Shown here piece after piece: positions 9,762-19,700 of a DNA stretch of 64,000 nt. The notes under the pieces are model-generated. The model was not told the DNA's origin, did not search any database, and saw only the letters and a list, made by a program, of their open reading frames with translations. The position numbers and the translations under genes were made by a program. Source of the DNA: Candidatus Magasanikiibacteriota bacterium (lineage in GTDB: Bacteria > Patescibacteriota > Patescibacteriia > Magasanikbacterales > 2-02-FULL-50-9b); the NCBI GenBank assembly GCA_903893485.1, contig CAITMK010000011.1:6636-70635 (forward strand). The letters are read 5' to 3'. The stretch's first letter is position 1. The number at the start of each line of letters is the position of its first letter.

Positions 9762-10895
9762 ATGTCACGCGAATCCGCTGCAGAAAATAATGGCGATTGG
9801 TCTATATTTTTAATTGGCGCGGGCATTTTGGCATTTGGTTTGGTGATGCTCGGGTCTGCAACGGCGCCAATTGGCGCATCACATTACGGAAGCACGTATT
9901 ATTTTTTAATTCGTCAGATTTTATTTGGGGTTTTGCCTGGATTATTGTTGTTTTATATTTTTCGCCGCGTACCAATTGTTTTTTGGGAACGATCATGGCG
10001 AACCATGCTTTGGGTTTCGGCGGTTTTATTAGCGCTGGTATTTGTGCCGCATTTGGGTGCGCGTATCAACAATTCACTTAGCTGGATTCATATTGGGTCC
10101 ATTTCCATGCAGCCGGCGGAGATTGTAAAGTTTACGTTTATTGTTTTTTTGTCGGGCTGGCTCGCAGAAAATCATAAACGTCTGGCAAAACCATTTAGCG
10201 AAGGACTTGGGCAGTATTTAGTATATTTTGGCGTTGTCGCGGGGCTCCTTATGTTGCAGCCAGATTTGGGAACCACGCTTGTTTTTTTTGGTGCAGCCGC
10301 AATCATGGCGTATGTTGCTGGCGCGCAAACAAAACAGCTCATGGCCGTGGCGGGCGCGGGGCTTGCGGTGCTTGTTGTTTTAATTGCGATTGCACCATAT
10401 CGGTTGCAGCGCATTACGGTTATTTTTCACCCTGATCAAGATCCACTTGGCAGCGGCTACCATATTAAACAAGCGCAGCTTGCCGTGGGAACTGGCGGCG
10501 TGCTTGGACTTGGCCTGGGTAATTCGCGCCAAAAATTTCAATACTTACCAGAAGTAAGTGCGGATTCGATTTTTGCAATCATTGCGGAGGAAATGGGATT
10601 TATTGTTTCAACCCTGCTACTTATTGCTTATGCGGTGGTGGTGCTAAAAAGTTATCAGCTTGCGCGTTCATCGCATTCACCGTGGGCACGCTATTTTATC
10701 ATCGGAACGGCGACCTGGTTTTCAATTCAAACTTTTTTAAATATTGGCGCGATGCTTGGTGTGGTGCCGCTCACCGGTTTGCCACTGCCGCTGGTCAGCC
10801 ATGGTGGCACATCGCTCATGGTAACGCTTGCGGCATTTGGCGTGGTATCAGCTATTGCGATTCCGCCAGAGCGCCGTATTAAATCACGCGTATGA
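9762..10895 (+). CDS. ftsW: SEDS-family peptidoglycan glycosyltransferase FtsW/RodA
   Basis: About ten TM helices; conserved LQPDLGT, SDSIFAIIAEEMGF and PLPLVSHGGTSL motifs of FtsW/RodA. Confidence 0.8.
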   Translation: MSRESAAENNGDWSIFLIGAGILAFGLVMLGSATAPIGASHYGSTYYFLIRQILFGVLPGLLLFYIFRRVPIVFWERSWRTMLWVSAVLLALVFVPHLGARINNSLSWIHIGSISMQPAEIVKFTFIVFLSGWLAENHKRLAKPFSEGLGQYLVYFGVVAGLLMLQPDLGTTLVFFGAAAIMAYVAGAQTKQLMAVAGAGLAVLVVLIAIAPYRLQRITVIFHPDQDPLGSGYHIKQAQLAVGTGGVLGLGLGNSRQKFQYLPEVSADSIFAIIAEEMGFIVSTLLLIAYAVVVLKSYQLARSSHSPWARYFIIGTATWFSIQTFLNIGAMLGVVPLTGLPLPLVSHGGTSLMVTLAAFGVVSAIAIPPERRIKSRV

Positions 10896-11968
10896 AAATT
10901 GTTTTTTCAGGCGGCGGCACATTGGGCCCGGTAACACCACTCTTGGCGCTCATGGAAACGTTGCAGGCCGCTGAGCCGGGCGCGCACGAATTTTTGTGGA
11001 TCACCACTGAGCGCGGTGTTGAAATTCCGTTGCTCAAAAAATATGGTGTTGCGGTTTTATCAATTCCATCGGGCAAATTTCGTCGATATTTTTCTTGGAA
11101 GAATTTTTCTGATCTGCGTCAGTTTTTTAAAGGCGTTGCGGTGGCGCGTGCGGCACTGCAAGATTTTAAACCAGACGTTTGCGTAACCGCTGGGGGTTTT
11201 GTTTCCGTTCCCGTGCATTTTGCGGCGCGCATGTTAAAAATTCCAACACTGGTGCATCAGCAAGATATAAAAATTGGTTTGGCAAATCGCCTGATGAGTT
11301 GGTTTGCATCGGCGATTACGGTTTCGGTTCCACAGCAGTTGGAGCAATTTAAAAAAGGGAGGGCTGTGTACACTGGAAATCCCGTACGCCCGAGTATTCG
11401 GCAAGGTTCGCGCGAGGCAGGTGTTGAAATGTTTCGGCTCGATGAATCACGTGCAACGGTTTTTATTTTTGGTGGCGGCACGGGCGCCGAGGCAATTAAT
11501 CGCGCCGTGGAAGGAATGGTTTCCGCGGGCTGCGAACTTTTTCAGATTATTCATGTGACCGGCATGCATCGCGGGCGGCCATCTGCAAATGAGACGCCGT
11601 TTTATCACGCATATCCTTTTTTGACCGCCGAGATGTCACACGCATACGCGGCCGCGGACGTGGTGGTGGCGCGCGCGGGTTTTAATACAATTACGGAAAT
11701 CGCGGCTTGTGGAAAGCCTGCAATTTTGATTCCGATCGGGCGGTCGCATCAAACATTGAATGCCACCTGGGCCGAGGCAGCTGGCGCGGCTCGCATTTTG
11801 CCAGAGGACCATTTGTCCCCAGATTCTTTGCTTGAGGCGATTCGTGATCTTTTAACGGATCATGAGGGCTATGCGGCCTTGGCAGCTGGCGCGGAAGGCT
11901 TATTTCCTGCGGATGCTGCGGAGCGCATTTTAGCGCAATTGCGTAAAATTAGCCAAAAAGCGGCCTAA
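10892..11968 (+). CDS. murG: Undecaprenyldiphospho-muramoylpentapeptide beta-N-acetylglucosaminyltransferase
   Basis: KIVFSGGGTLGPVTPLLAL N-terminal glycine-rich loop; C-terminal GT-B domain (GGGTGAEAIN...ARAGFNTITE); gene order mraY-ftsW-murG. Confidence 0.85.
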   Translation: MKIVFSGGGTLGPVTPLLALMETLQAAEPGAHEFLWITTERGVEIPLLKKYGVAVLSIPSGKFRRYFSWKNFSDLRQFFKGVAVARAALQDFKPDVCVTAGGFVSVPVHFAARMLKIPTLVHQQDIKIGLANRLMSWFASAITVSVPQQLEQFKKGRAVYTGNPVRPSIRQGSREAGVEMFRLDESRATVFIFGGGTGAEAINRAVEGMVSAGCELFQIIHVTGMHRGRPSANETPFYHAYPFLTAEMSHAYAAADVVVARAGFNTITEIAACGKPAILIPIGRSHQTLNATWAEAAGAARILPEDHLSPDSLLEAIRDLLTDHEGYAALAAGAEGLFPADAAERILAQLRKISQKAA

Positions 11969-11974
11969 AGGGGT

Positions 11975-12003
11975 TGACAAAACCCTAAAAACGTGCAATA
12001 CTA
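11975..12003 (+). promoter_or_regulatory. Sigma-70-like promoter of the GC-rich cassette
   Basis: TTGACA-17 nt-AATACT, followed by a strong SD GGGGGAGG 5 nt before the ATG at 12051. Confidence 0.5.
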
Positions 12004-12050
12004 GCATGTTCCTGGTGAAATCTATCCAACCACACCAGGGGGAGGCGAAC

Positions 12051-12317
12051 ATGATTCCGATCATTTGGGTACTAGTGTTGGGCGGAGCGGTCTCGTGTGG
12101 TATGTACTTGTACTTCGCCGTCACGTTCATTTCCATCGCGGCGACCCTTGGCTTCGTCAAGGATCATGTGGTGGCAACGATCGCCATCATCGCCGTGCTC
12201 ACCATCTTGGTGCGCGTGGTGGGCAACACGCGGACCTGCAAGCAGTATCCGCGGAACCTCGCGTGGCCAGCCGTCGTGGCTGTGCTCGCAACAATCGTCG
12301 CGCTGATTCATTTCTAG
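12051..12317 (+). CDS. Small hypothetical membrane protein (GC-rich cassette gene 1)
   Basis: 88 aa with three TM helices; strong SD; the G/C-rich codon third positions contrast with neighbouring genes. Confidence 0.45.
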   Translation: MIPIIWVLVLGGAVSCGMYLYFAVTFISIAATLGFVKDHVVATIAIIAVLTILVRVVGNTRTCKQYPRNLAWPAVVAVLATIVALIHF

Positions 12318-12334
12318 CGCAAAGGAGAGAGTCG

Positions 12335-12757
12335 ATGAACATGTTCATTTGTCTTGCGTTCTTGGTTGAGCTGATCCTGGGCTTTGTCTACGGCCCGATC
12401 AGCCACGATCTGGTGGAGGTCATCATAGCGTACATCACCGGTGGATGTGTGCTGATGCAGAGCCTCCACTACAGTCATCCGCAGTGCTTGGACGGGAATG
12501 TCCATCTGCGGCTGCCCACAAAAAATGAGTGGCTCGAGCTGGCACTGCTGACCACTCTCCAGGTGGTCTGGTGCCTAGTCATCTGGGAGCCGCGCATCCT
12601 TTACGCGATTGGCCTTTGCATCGCGGGAAAGTTTCTGGGAGGTCAGGCTCGCCAACGGCTGCGCAACACGCATGCCTACGGGAACCCGCTGATCGGCAAG
12701 GAGCTGGTCTGGTTCGAGAACTTGCAGGCGGCACGCAAGCGCCGGAAAGTTCTGTGA
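12335..12757 (+). CDS. Hypothetical membrane protein (GC-rich cassette gene 2)
   Basis: 140 aa with about four TM helices; SD AAAGGAGAG 6 nt upstream; followed by a terminator. Confidence 0.45.
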   Translation: MNMFICLAFLVELILGFVYGPISHDLVEVIIAYITGGCVLMQSLHYSHPQCLDGNVHLRLPTKNEWLELALLTTLQVVWCLVIWEPRILYAIGLCIAGKFLGGQARQRLRNTHAYGNPLIGKELVWFENLQAARKRRKVL

Positions 12758-12778
12758 CATCGGCGGGCGGCAACGAGT

Positions 12779-12840
12779 CGTGGCGTTTTGCGAGGAAGAC
12801 TTCCTCGCAGACGCCACGGCTGTTTTATTTTTACACAGGT
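12779..12840 (+). terminator. Rho-independent terminator of the GC-rich cassette
   Basis: CGTGGCGTTTTGCGAGGAAGacTTCCTCGCAGACGCCACG long hairpin followed by gctgttttattttt. Confidence 0.65.
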
Positions 12841-12924
12841 ACTTGCAAGATTTTTCAGATTCGAGTATAATTTTCGCGCTACGTAATGCGGATGAGCGCA
12901 AGTGCTTATCTCCAACCTTCGGTT

Positions 12925-12997
12925 GACCTGGTAGCTCAGTTGGTAGAGCAGTGGCCTTTTAAGCCAATGGTCGTGGGTTCGAATCCCACCCGGGTCA
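12925..12997 (+). tRNA. tRNA-Lys (anticodon TTT)
   Basis: GACCTGGTAGCTCAGTTGGTAGAGCA...GGCCTTTTAAGCC...GGTTCGAATCCCACCCGGGTCA: cloverleaf with a 7-bp acceptor stem, anticodon loop CTTTTAA and a TΨC arm. Confidence 0.85.
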
Positions 12998-13003
12998 TAC
13001 TAA

Positions 13004-13032
13004 AAAAACCACCTTCGGGTGGTTTTTTTAGT
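13004..13032. terminator. Hairpin terminator after tRNA-Lys
   Basis: aaaaaaACCACCttcgGGTGGTttttttt. Confidence 0.6.
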
Positions 13033-13135
13033 ATTATCAGAGTTGGGGATTCGAAGGGCACGCGCACATGCGAGCGTGCGCAGCATGTGTCGCGCGTGCC
13101 CCGGGACTGAGCGCGGGCATTAAGCCCGCGCGAAG

Positions 13136-13153
13136 CGAATCCCACCCGGGTCA
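13136..13153 (+). repeat. Direct repeat of the tRNA-Lys 3' end (att-like)
   Basis: CGAATCCCACCCGGGTCA is identical to tRNA positions 12980–12997 and lies 138 bp downstream of the tRNA. Confidence 0.7.
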
Positions 13154-13180
13154 CTCATTATGATATACTATAATTTCTGA

Positions 13181-14518
13181 ATGAAATTTATGCTTAGTTT
13201 TCTTCGAAAAATTACTCCACAACCCGTTTTCACACTCTACCATTATTTGCTCGCGGTTACGGGCGCGTTTCGTTATAACTATCCAACGCGGCGCATGATT
13301 ACCATTGGCGTGACCGGCACCAGCGGCAAGTCGTCAACGGTTTTTTTCTTGCACCGCATTTTACTGGCGGCGGGCCATATGCCGGGCAGTACCTCAACTA
13401 TTGAATTTTGCATTGGCGATTCGTGCACCATGAACAAAACAAAAATGACGCAGCTTGGCCGGTGGGGCACGCAGCGTTTTTTGGCGCGCATGTTAAAAGC
13501 GGGTTGCGATGTAGCAATTGTCGAAACAACATCGCAGGCAATCGAGCAATTTCGCCATCTGGGTGTGGCGTACGATGTGTGTTTGCTCACCAATTTATAT
13601 CCAGAGCATATCGAAGCACATGGCAGTTTTGAAAATTATAAAAATGCGAAGAAAAAATTATTCGGTTATTTGGCAACGCTAACGCGCAAACTTTTTGGCC
13701 CGCCAACAACGGCAATTGTTAACGGTACGGTCGCTGAGGCACCAGAATTTTTAGATTTTAAAATAGAACGCAAGTGGACCACGCAGGCCGCACTTCCAAA
13801 TACGGATCGCTCGTTTGTGCCAAGCAATATTCAAATCACGGGCACGGGCGTTTCGTTTGATTTGGATTTAGTTCATTTTGCAATTCCACTTTTGGGTGAT
13901 TATGTAGTAACCAACGCGGTTGCTGCAACTGCAGCGGCAGTTGCCATTGGTGTAACCGCACAGCAATGTGCTGATGCGTTATCTAAAATCGCGGGAATTC
14001 CAGGGCGTAATGAATCGGTGGATGCGGGCCAACCGTTTAAAGTGATTGTTGATTTTGCGTTTGAGCCAGTTGCCATGGAAAAATTATACGACGTGGTTAA
14101 AATGATTCCACACGGAAAAATAATTCACGTACTTGGCGGCACCGGTGGTGGACGCGACAAACGCCGTCGTCCAATTTTGGGCAACATGGCAGGTGAGCAG
14201 GCAAACGTAGTTGTGGTAACGAACGAAGATCCGTACGACGAAGATCCGCGTGTTATTATGCAAGCGGTTGCGGATGGTGCGCGCGCCGTGGGAAAAAAAG
14301 ACAACGAAGATTTATTTGTCATTGATGATCGCCGTGCAGCGATACATTTTGCATTGCAAAAAGCAGCGCCAGGCGATATAGTGTTAGTAACGGGAAAGGG
14401 TTCAGAGCAAGCGATGGTGCTTGCAAATCGAAATTTTGTGCCATGGGATGATCGCGCGGTGGTGCGCGAGGAATGGCACGCAATTGAAAAAGTGAAACAA
14501 CATGGCGGTACAAGATAA
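13181..14518 (+). CDS. Mur ligase family protein, MurE-like (UDP-MurNAc-dipeptide–diamino acid ligase)
   Basis: P-loop IGVTGTSGKSST; TNLYPEHIEAHGSFENYKNAKKKLF (Mur ligase central motif); LGGTGGGRDKRRRPILG and DDRRAAIHFAL...VLVTGKG C-terminal motifs. The N-terminal domain is short, so substrate assignment is uncertain. Confidence 0.7.
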   Translation: MKFMLSFLRKITPQPVFTLYHYLLAVTGAFRYNYPTRRMITIGVTGTSGKSSTVFFLHRILLAAGHMPGSTSTIEFCIGDSCTMNKTKMTQLGRWGTQRFLARMLKAGCDVAIVETTSQAIEQFRHLGVAYDVCLLTNLYPEHIEAHGSFENYKNAKKKLFGYLATLTRKLFGPPTTAIVNGTVAEAPEFLDFKIERKWTTQAALPNTDRSFVPSNIQITGTGVSFDLDLVHFAIPLLGDYVVTNAVAATAAAVAIGVTAQQCADALSKIAGIPGRNESVDAGQPFKVIVDFAFEPVAMEKLYDVVKMIPHGKIIHVLGGTGGGRDKRRRPILGNMAGEQANVVVVTNEDPYDEDPRVIMQAVADGARAVGKKDNEDLFVIDDRRAAIHFALQKAAPGDIVLVTGKGSEQAMVLANRNFVPWDDRAVVREEWHAIEKVKQHGGTR

Positions 14519-15053
14519 GATCATTTTAAAGCCAGAGGAGCGGGTGATTCGCACGGTGCGGCGCGTCCCAATTATTGATATTGGGCGCTATGCGTTCGCC
14601 GCGTTTTTTTTACTGTTGCCATTTTTCTTGATTTATCCGCTGCTTAAAATTAAACCATGGGGAATCGCAATTGGCACGGTGTTGTTTTGCATTGGATTAT
14701 TTTTGGTGGTGCGCACATTATTTTTGTGGTATCACAATGTGTTTATTGTTACGACGCATCGCATCATCGATTTGGACCAACGCGGATTTTTTGATCAGGT
14801 TGCGTCGCAATCATCGCACGAAAAAATCCAAGACGTTTCATTTCACACCAAAGGATTTTTGCCAACGCTGTTTCGGTTCGGCACTATTACACTCAAAACT
14901 GGTTGGGGTTCCGTTGAACTCGTGATTCCGCATGTGGCAGAGCCAGCGCGGTTGCAACGACTCATTCTTGATGTGCAAGATGCGTATATGGCAAAAGTTG
15001 GAACAACGCATGAACATAAAAAAACCTATGACACTCCAGAGTCGGCCGAATAA
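14502..15053 (+). CDS. Membrane protein with bacterial PH domain (bPH_2/YdbS-like)
   Basis: Two TM helices followed by VFIVTTHRIIDLDQRGFF...TITLKTG, the typical bPH_2 topology. Confidence 0.55.
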   Translation: MAVQDKIILKPEERVIRTVRRVPIIDIGRYAFAAFFLLLPFFLIYPLLKIKPWGIAIGTVLFCIGLFLVVRTLFLWYHNVFIVTTHRIIDLDQRGFFDQVASQSSHEKIQDVSFHTKGFLPTLFRFGTITLKTGWGSVELVIPHVAEPARLQRLILDVQDAYMAKVGTTHEHKKTYDTPESAE

Positions 15054-15438
15054 AATTATTATTGCGACATTGGGCTGCGCAGCAATCTGCGTGGTGCTTT
15101 TGGTTTCCTTTTTGCGTGTTTTTTTTAAAGACTACGAGTTGCGCCAAGAAATTGCACGCACACAAGTTGAGGTGGGTACATTGCAGAAAAGAAAAATTGA
15201 ATCATTGGAGTTGCTAAAGCGGTTACAAAGCGATACGTATGTTGAGGACCGCGCGCGTGAACAGCTCCAAGCAACGCGTCCTGGCGAAGAGGTGATTGTG
15301 GTCCCAGGACTTTCGGTTTCTTCGACTGCTGCGGCAACGGCAACCCCGGAACCTCTATCCACAGAAACAGAAGAACTTCCCAACTCGCTCAGTTGGTGGT
15401 ATTATTTCTTTCATTCATCCACCGAGCAATCAAATTAA
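15010..15438 (+). CDS. Septum formation initiator (FtsB/DivIC-like)
   Basis: Single TM, a coiled coil, then the conserved YVEDRAREQL...RPGE motif. The start was chosen at an internal Met; the ORF track allows 14932. Confidence 0.55.
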   Translation: MNIKKPMTLQSRPNKIIIATLGCAAICVVLLVSFLRVFFKDYELRQEIARTQVEVGTLQKRKIESLELLKRLQSDTYVEDRAREQLQATRPGEEVIVVPGLSVSSTAAATATPEPLSTETEELPNSLSWWYYFFHSSTEQSN

Positions 15439-15441
15439 AAT

Positions 15442-16455
15442 ATGGAACACACAGAAACAGAACAAGAAGTAGTTCATCCTGCGCCAGCGCCTGCTGCGCA
15501 AGTAAAAGGAAATCCATTTATGCGGGGCATGACCATCGCCATTGGAACCATTCTGGGCCTTGCAATTATTGGCGGCGGTGTTGCAACGTTTCGTTATCCA
15601 GATTCAATGCCGGTGTATCCACGCATTTACCGCGCCATTCACATGCCAGCGGCGGTGATTGGTAGTTCCGTGTATTCATGGACACTCATGCAAACGCACA
15701 TCGACGCACTTCAGGCACAATTGGCGCTGCAGCAAAATGCACCAACACCAACCGCTGATCAGCTTCGCGTGGCAGCAATTCGCCGCGCGGTTATTACTGA
15801 AGCGGTGGAACGCGTTGCGGCTCGTCGTGGTATTGTGGCAACGCCAGCCATGATGGATGCTGAATACACACGTATCGTGGCTTTGCTTGGTGGCCAAGAT
15901 AAAGTTAAGGATATTTTAGATAATAAGTTGCATTGGTCAGAGGCGCAATATCGCGACTTGATTATTCGCCCAAGTGTTTTAATGAATCAATTGCAGGCTG
16001 ATCTTGAAAAAGAAGCTCCTGTGCAAACGGATGTAAAAGCAAAAGCCCAGGGAATTTTGGATCAGCTTAAAAAAGGTGCTGATTTTGCAAAATTAGCAAA
16101 AGCAAATAGTGAGGATGCTTCGAGTGCGCAGGGCGGCGACTTAGGCTTCTTTGCTCGTGGTGCCATGGTTAAACCATTTGAAGACGCAGCATTTAGCTTG
16201 AAGAAAGGCGAATTATATCCAGAGTTGGTTCAATCACAGTTTGGATACCATATCATTCAAGTAACTGATGTGAAGAAAGATGCAAGTGGTACCGTGATCC
16301 AGGTACGCGCACGTCACATTTTGCTGAAGACACAAACAGTAGATTTACTTGGTAACACGTTAATTGCTGAAATCAAGTCCATGCGTTACTGGCAGTTTAT
16401 CCACACAGACGCTGGCGTAAAAACAGGACTTGACAATTCTGGCTCAAACGGATAA
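15442..16455 (+). CDS. Parvulin-type peptidyl-prolyl isomerase (PrsA/SurA-like)
   Basis: N-terminal TM anchor; PpiC domain GGDLGFFARGAMVKPFEDAAFSLKKGELYPELVQSQFGYHIIQVTD. Confidence 0.75.
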   Translation: MEHTETEQEVVHPAPAPAAQVKGNPFMRGMTIAIGTILGLAIIGGGVATFRYPDSMPVYPRIYRAIHMPAAVIGSSVYSWTLMQTHIDALQAQLALQQNAPTPTADQLRVAAIRRAVITEAVERVAARRGIVATPAMMDAEYTRIVALLGGQDKVKDILDNKLHWSEAQYRDLIIRPSVLMNQLQADLEKEAPVQTDVKAKAQGILDQLKKGADFAKLAKANSEDASSAQGGDLGFFARGAMVKPFEDAAFSLKKGELYPELVQSQFGYHIIQVTDVKKDASGTVIQVRARHILLKTQTVDLLGNTLIAEIKSMRYWQFIHTDAGVKTGLDNSGSNG

Positions 16456-16500
16456 ACTAAGGAGCGTAAATATAAGTCGGGCACGTTAGAAATCGAGACT

Positions 16501-16571
16501 GCGGGGTTAGTACAATGGTAGTATGCGTGCTTCCCAAGCATGAAACGCGAGTTCGATTCTCGTACCCCGCT
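16501..16571 (+). tRNA. tRNA-Gly (anticodon CCC)
   Basis: GCGGGGT...GCGTGCTTCCCAAGCATG...GAGTTCGATTCTCGTACCCCGCT: acceptor GCGGGGT/ACCCCGC, anticodon loop TTCCCAA. Confidence 0.8.
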
Positions 16572-16589
16572 TATGGGTTTACGCAGCCT

Positions 16590-16664
16590 GCGGGTATCGT
16601 ATAATGGTTATTATGCGTCCTTGCCAAGGACGAAAAACGGGTCCGATTCCCGTTACCCGCTCCA
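16590..16664 (+). tRNA. tRNA-Gly (anticodon GCC)
   Basis: GCGGGTATCGTATAATGGTTATTATGCGTCCTTGCCAAGGACG...GGTCCGATTCCCGTTACCCGCTCCA: perfect anticodon stem, loop TTGCCAA, encoded CCA. Confidence 0.85.
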
Positions 16665-16667
16665 AAG

Positions 16668-16706
16668 AAAAAATCCCATCTCCGGATGGGATTTTTTCTT
16701 TGTTTA
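16668..16706 (+). terminator. Rho-independent terminator after the tRNA-Gly pair
   Basis: aaaaaaTCCCATCtccgGATGGGAttttttc. Confidence 0.65.
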
Positions 16707-16774
16707 AGGTTTGAGCAGTAAAGTTTTCCACAGGAAAAGTATGCTATAATCGTGTACAGTTAACAGCACATCAA

Positions 16775-19700
16775 ATGATGAATAAAAAGGCGCTACAAAT
16801 TTTGACATTGATCATTTTTTTGACATCTTATTCAGTTGCGCATGCTGCGGTAGTTGCGGCACCGGCACCGGTGGTTGCGGGGGTGCACCAGCTGTTTGTA
16901 CCGGGTCAGGTAATTGTTCGATATAAAACGGGTAACGTAAATTTGCGTACCCCATTGGGGCAAACACGCGCTCATACGCTTGCTCAAAATTATCACGCGC
17001 ATATTCAACGCCAAATACAAGGGCGTAATGTAACGGTTCTTCAGAGTGATTCAGGTGACACTACTGAAAATTTAATCAGTGCGCTACAAACTGATTCAAA
17101 CGTAGATGTTGTGCAGCCAAATTATATTTATGCGCCAACCGATATCGCTACCAACGATACGAGTCGTGCAATGCTTTGGGGTTTACAAAATACCGGCCAG
17201 ACCGTAAATGGCACCGCTGGCACCGCTGGCGCAGATATTCATGCACCACAAGCATGGGCAATTAACGAAGGTGATGTTTCATCAACTATTATAGCGGTGA
17301 TTGATACGGGTGTTGCATACAATCATCCAGATTTAGCAGCAAACATGTGGGACGGCAGTGCGTGCGTCGATGAAAATGGTGGCGCGCTGGGCGGCTGTAA
17401 TCACGGGTATGATTTTGAAGATGGTGACAAAACACCGCTCCCAACAAACAGTACACACGGCACACACGTGGCGGGTACGATTGCTGCGGTGAAAAATAAT
17501 GCGCATGGCATTGTTGGTGTGGCGCCACATGTTAAAATAATGGCGCTCAAATCAAGTCTTACCACGGATAATATTATTCGTGCGATAAATTTTGCCACAC
17601 AAAATGGTGCGCGTGTAATTAATGCAAGTTGGGGTGGCTACGGTAATGATCCGCTGCTGCAAGATGCGATCGGTACATTTCCGGGATTATTTGTTGCGGC
17701 TGCGGGCAATGATGCAGTGAGTAATGAAATATCACCGCTGTACCCATGTGCATATTCGCTTGCCAATATTATTTGCGTTGCAGCGACCAATCAAAACGAC
17801 GGATTGGCATACTTTTCAAATTTCGGTACTTCAACAGTTGATGTGGGCGCGCCGGGAATAAATATTTTAAGTTCCGTTGATAATACTGATTTAGTTTCCG
17901 AAAATTTTGATGCATTAACGGCGCCGGGGCTTCCGGTTGGCTGGACAACCAGTGGTACATCAGAACACTGGGCAACTAAAAGCGTTGCTGGGTGGGGTTT
18001 GGTGCTTACACCGGATACATCAAATCCTTACGCATCGAACGCAAATACATCCATTTCGTCACCGACTATTAATATGGCATCTTCAACGGGTGCAACAATG
18101 GATTTTTGGGCACGTTGTAACACGCAATATATTACAAACGGTTGGGCAGATTACATGACACTTAATTTTTCTGGCGACGGTTCTTCGTTCACCGAAAATA
18201 CTCGATGGGATCAGGCGCAGCTCGATTATTTTAATGGCGTGAATAATCCATTTGGTACCGCGATATATCATTTCCAAGACGTACAAGTACCAACATCCAC
18301 ACTTACCAGTAATTTTAAGTTTCAGTTTGGCTGGGTTACCAATGGCACGGACAATGCACACACCGGTTGCGCAGTAGATAATGTTACGCTCACGAGTTTT
18401 AGCGATGGTGCTGATGAAAAATATGATTATTTTGCCGGGACTTCCATGGCAACGCCACATGTGGTTGGGCTTGCGGGATTATTATGGGGATATGAACCAG
18501 CGCTTACCGCGGCTAAAATAAAAAGTGTTATTTTAAATACGGGCGATTCTGTCGCGGGACTTGCATCAAAAACAGTTTCTGGAAAACGGATAAATGCGTA
18601 TGCGGCCATGGAATATATAACGCCACCAACCATTACTTCATCAACGCCTGAAAATGGTATCGAAGGTTTGGTAACGTCTTCCACTGTTTCATTAGTATTT
18701 TCGAAGTTAATGAGTACGTCGACTTTGGCGTCTGGAATTGAAATTCGAAATTATAATACTGATGTCGCCGTGAGCAGCACTATTTCTTATGCAGGAAATC
18801 CAACCATAACCATTACACCAACGATTCCGTTAAGCGCGGGCACAAAATATTATATTTACGCGAGCAGTACGTTGGAAGACACAAACGGTAATAATTTAAC
18901 GGCCGTGTGGATCGATAAATCTGCGCATGCGTTTACCACGGTCCTTGATAGAATCGCCCCAATTATCTCTTTGAATGGTGCAGCAACGGTAACCGTTGAG
19001 GCGGGAACTGCCTATACAGAACTTGGGGCGACCGCGGTTGATAATATCGACGGTTCTGTACCAGTGGTAATTTCCGGAACCGTAAATACGAGTACGCCTG
19101 GTGGATATATCTTAACGTATACCGCAAGTGATACTGCTATGAATATGGCATCGACTACTCGAACAGTAACTGTTGTAGATACAACAGCTCCCGCCATCAC
19201 ATTGAATGGACCAGCAACAATGACATTTAATCAGGGTTCCCATTTTATCGATCCAGGCGCAACAGCTGTTGATATTGTTGATGGATCTGTGCCGGTTATA
19301 GTTTCTGGCGATGTAAATCCAGCGACTATTGGCGTTTATATGCTGACGTATTCTGCGTCCGATACTGCAGCGAATACCGCATCGATTCAGCGTACAATTA
19401 ATATCATTGCGCCTCCATCCCAATCAAGCGGTGGTGGGGGAGGCGGTGGTGGGGGAGGCGGAGGAGGATCGCCTTATATTCCACCACAGCCGGTCGCGCC
19501 AATTGTTTTGAAACCAACGGCAATGGTGGCTGCACCGCCCGCGGCCAGATTTGTGACACCAGATCCATGGACCATTCAATATCATACGTTAGCCGCTCCA
19601 CAAACCGTAGCACTTACGCGCACGTTGAAAGCGGGAAATTCTGGACCAGACGTTAAGGCGCTACAAATCTTTATGAATACACACGGATTCGTGGTTGCGA

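Noticed and set aside
12065-12915. Many overlapping ORFs in all six frames across the GC-rich patch (e.g. 12065–12757 as one 230-aa ORF, 12529–12870, 12575–12901, 12676–12915)
   Set aside because: High G+C suppresses stop codons, so long spurious ORFs are expected. The 230-aa ORF is really two genes, 12051–12317 (different frame) and 12335–12757, each with its own SD. The antisense and offset ORFs lack SDs and overlap the terminator hairpin.
19429-19470. GGN-rich tandem repeat (ggtggtgggggaggcggtggtgggggaggcggaggagga) that could be mistaken for a repeat array
   Set aside because: It is in frame inside the S8 protease gene and simply encodes the 14-Gly linker. There are no spacers, so it is not a CRISPR or other intergenic array.
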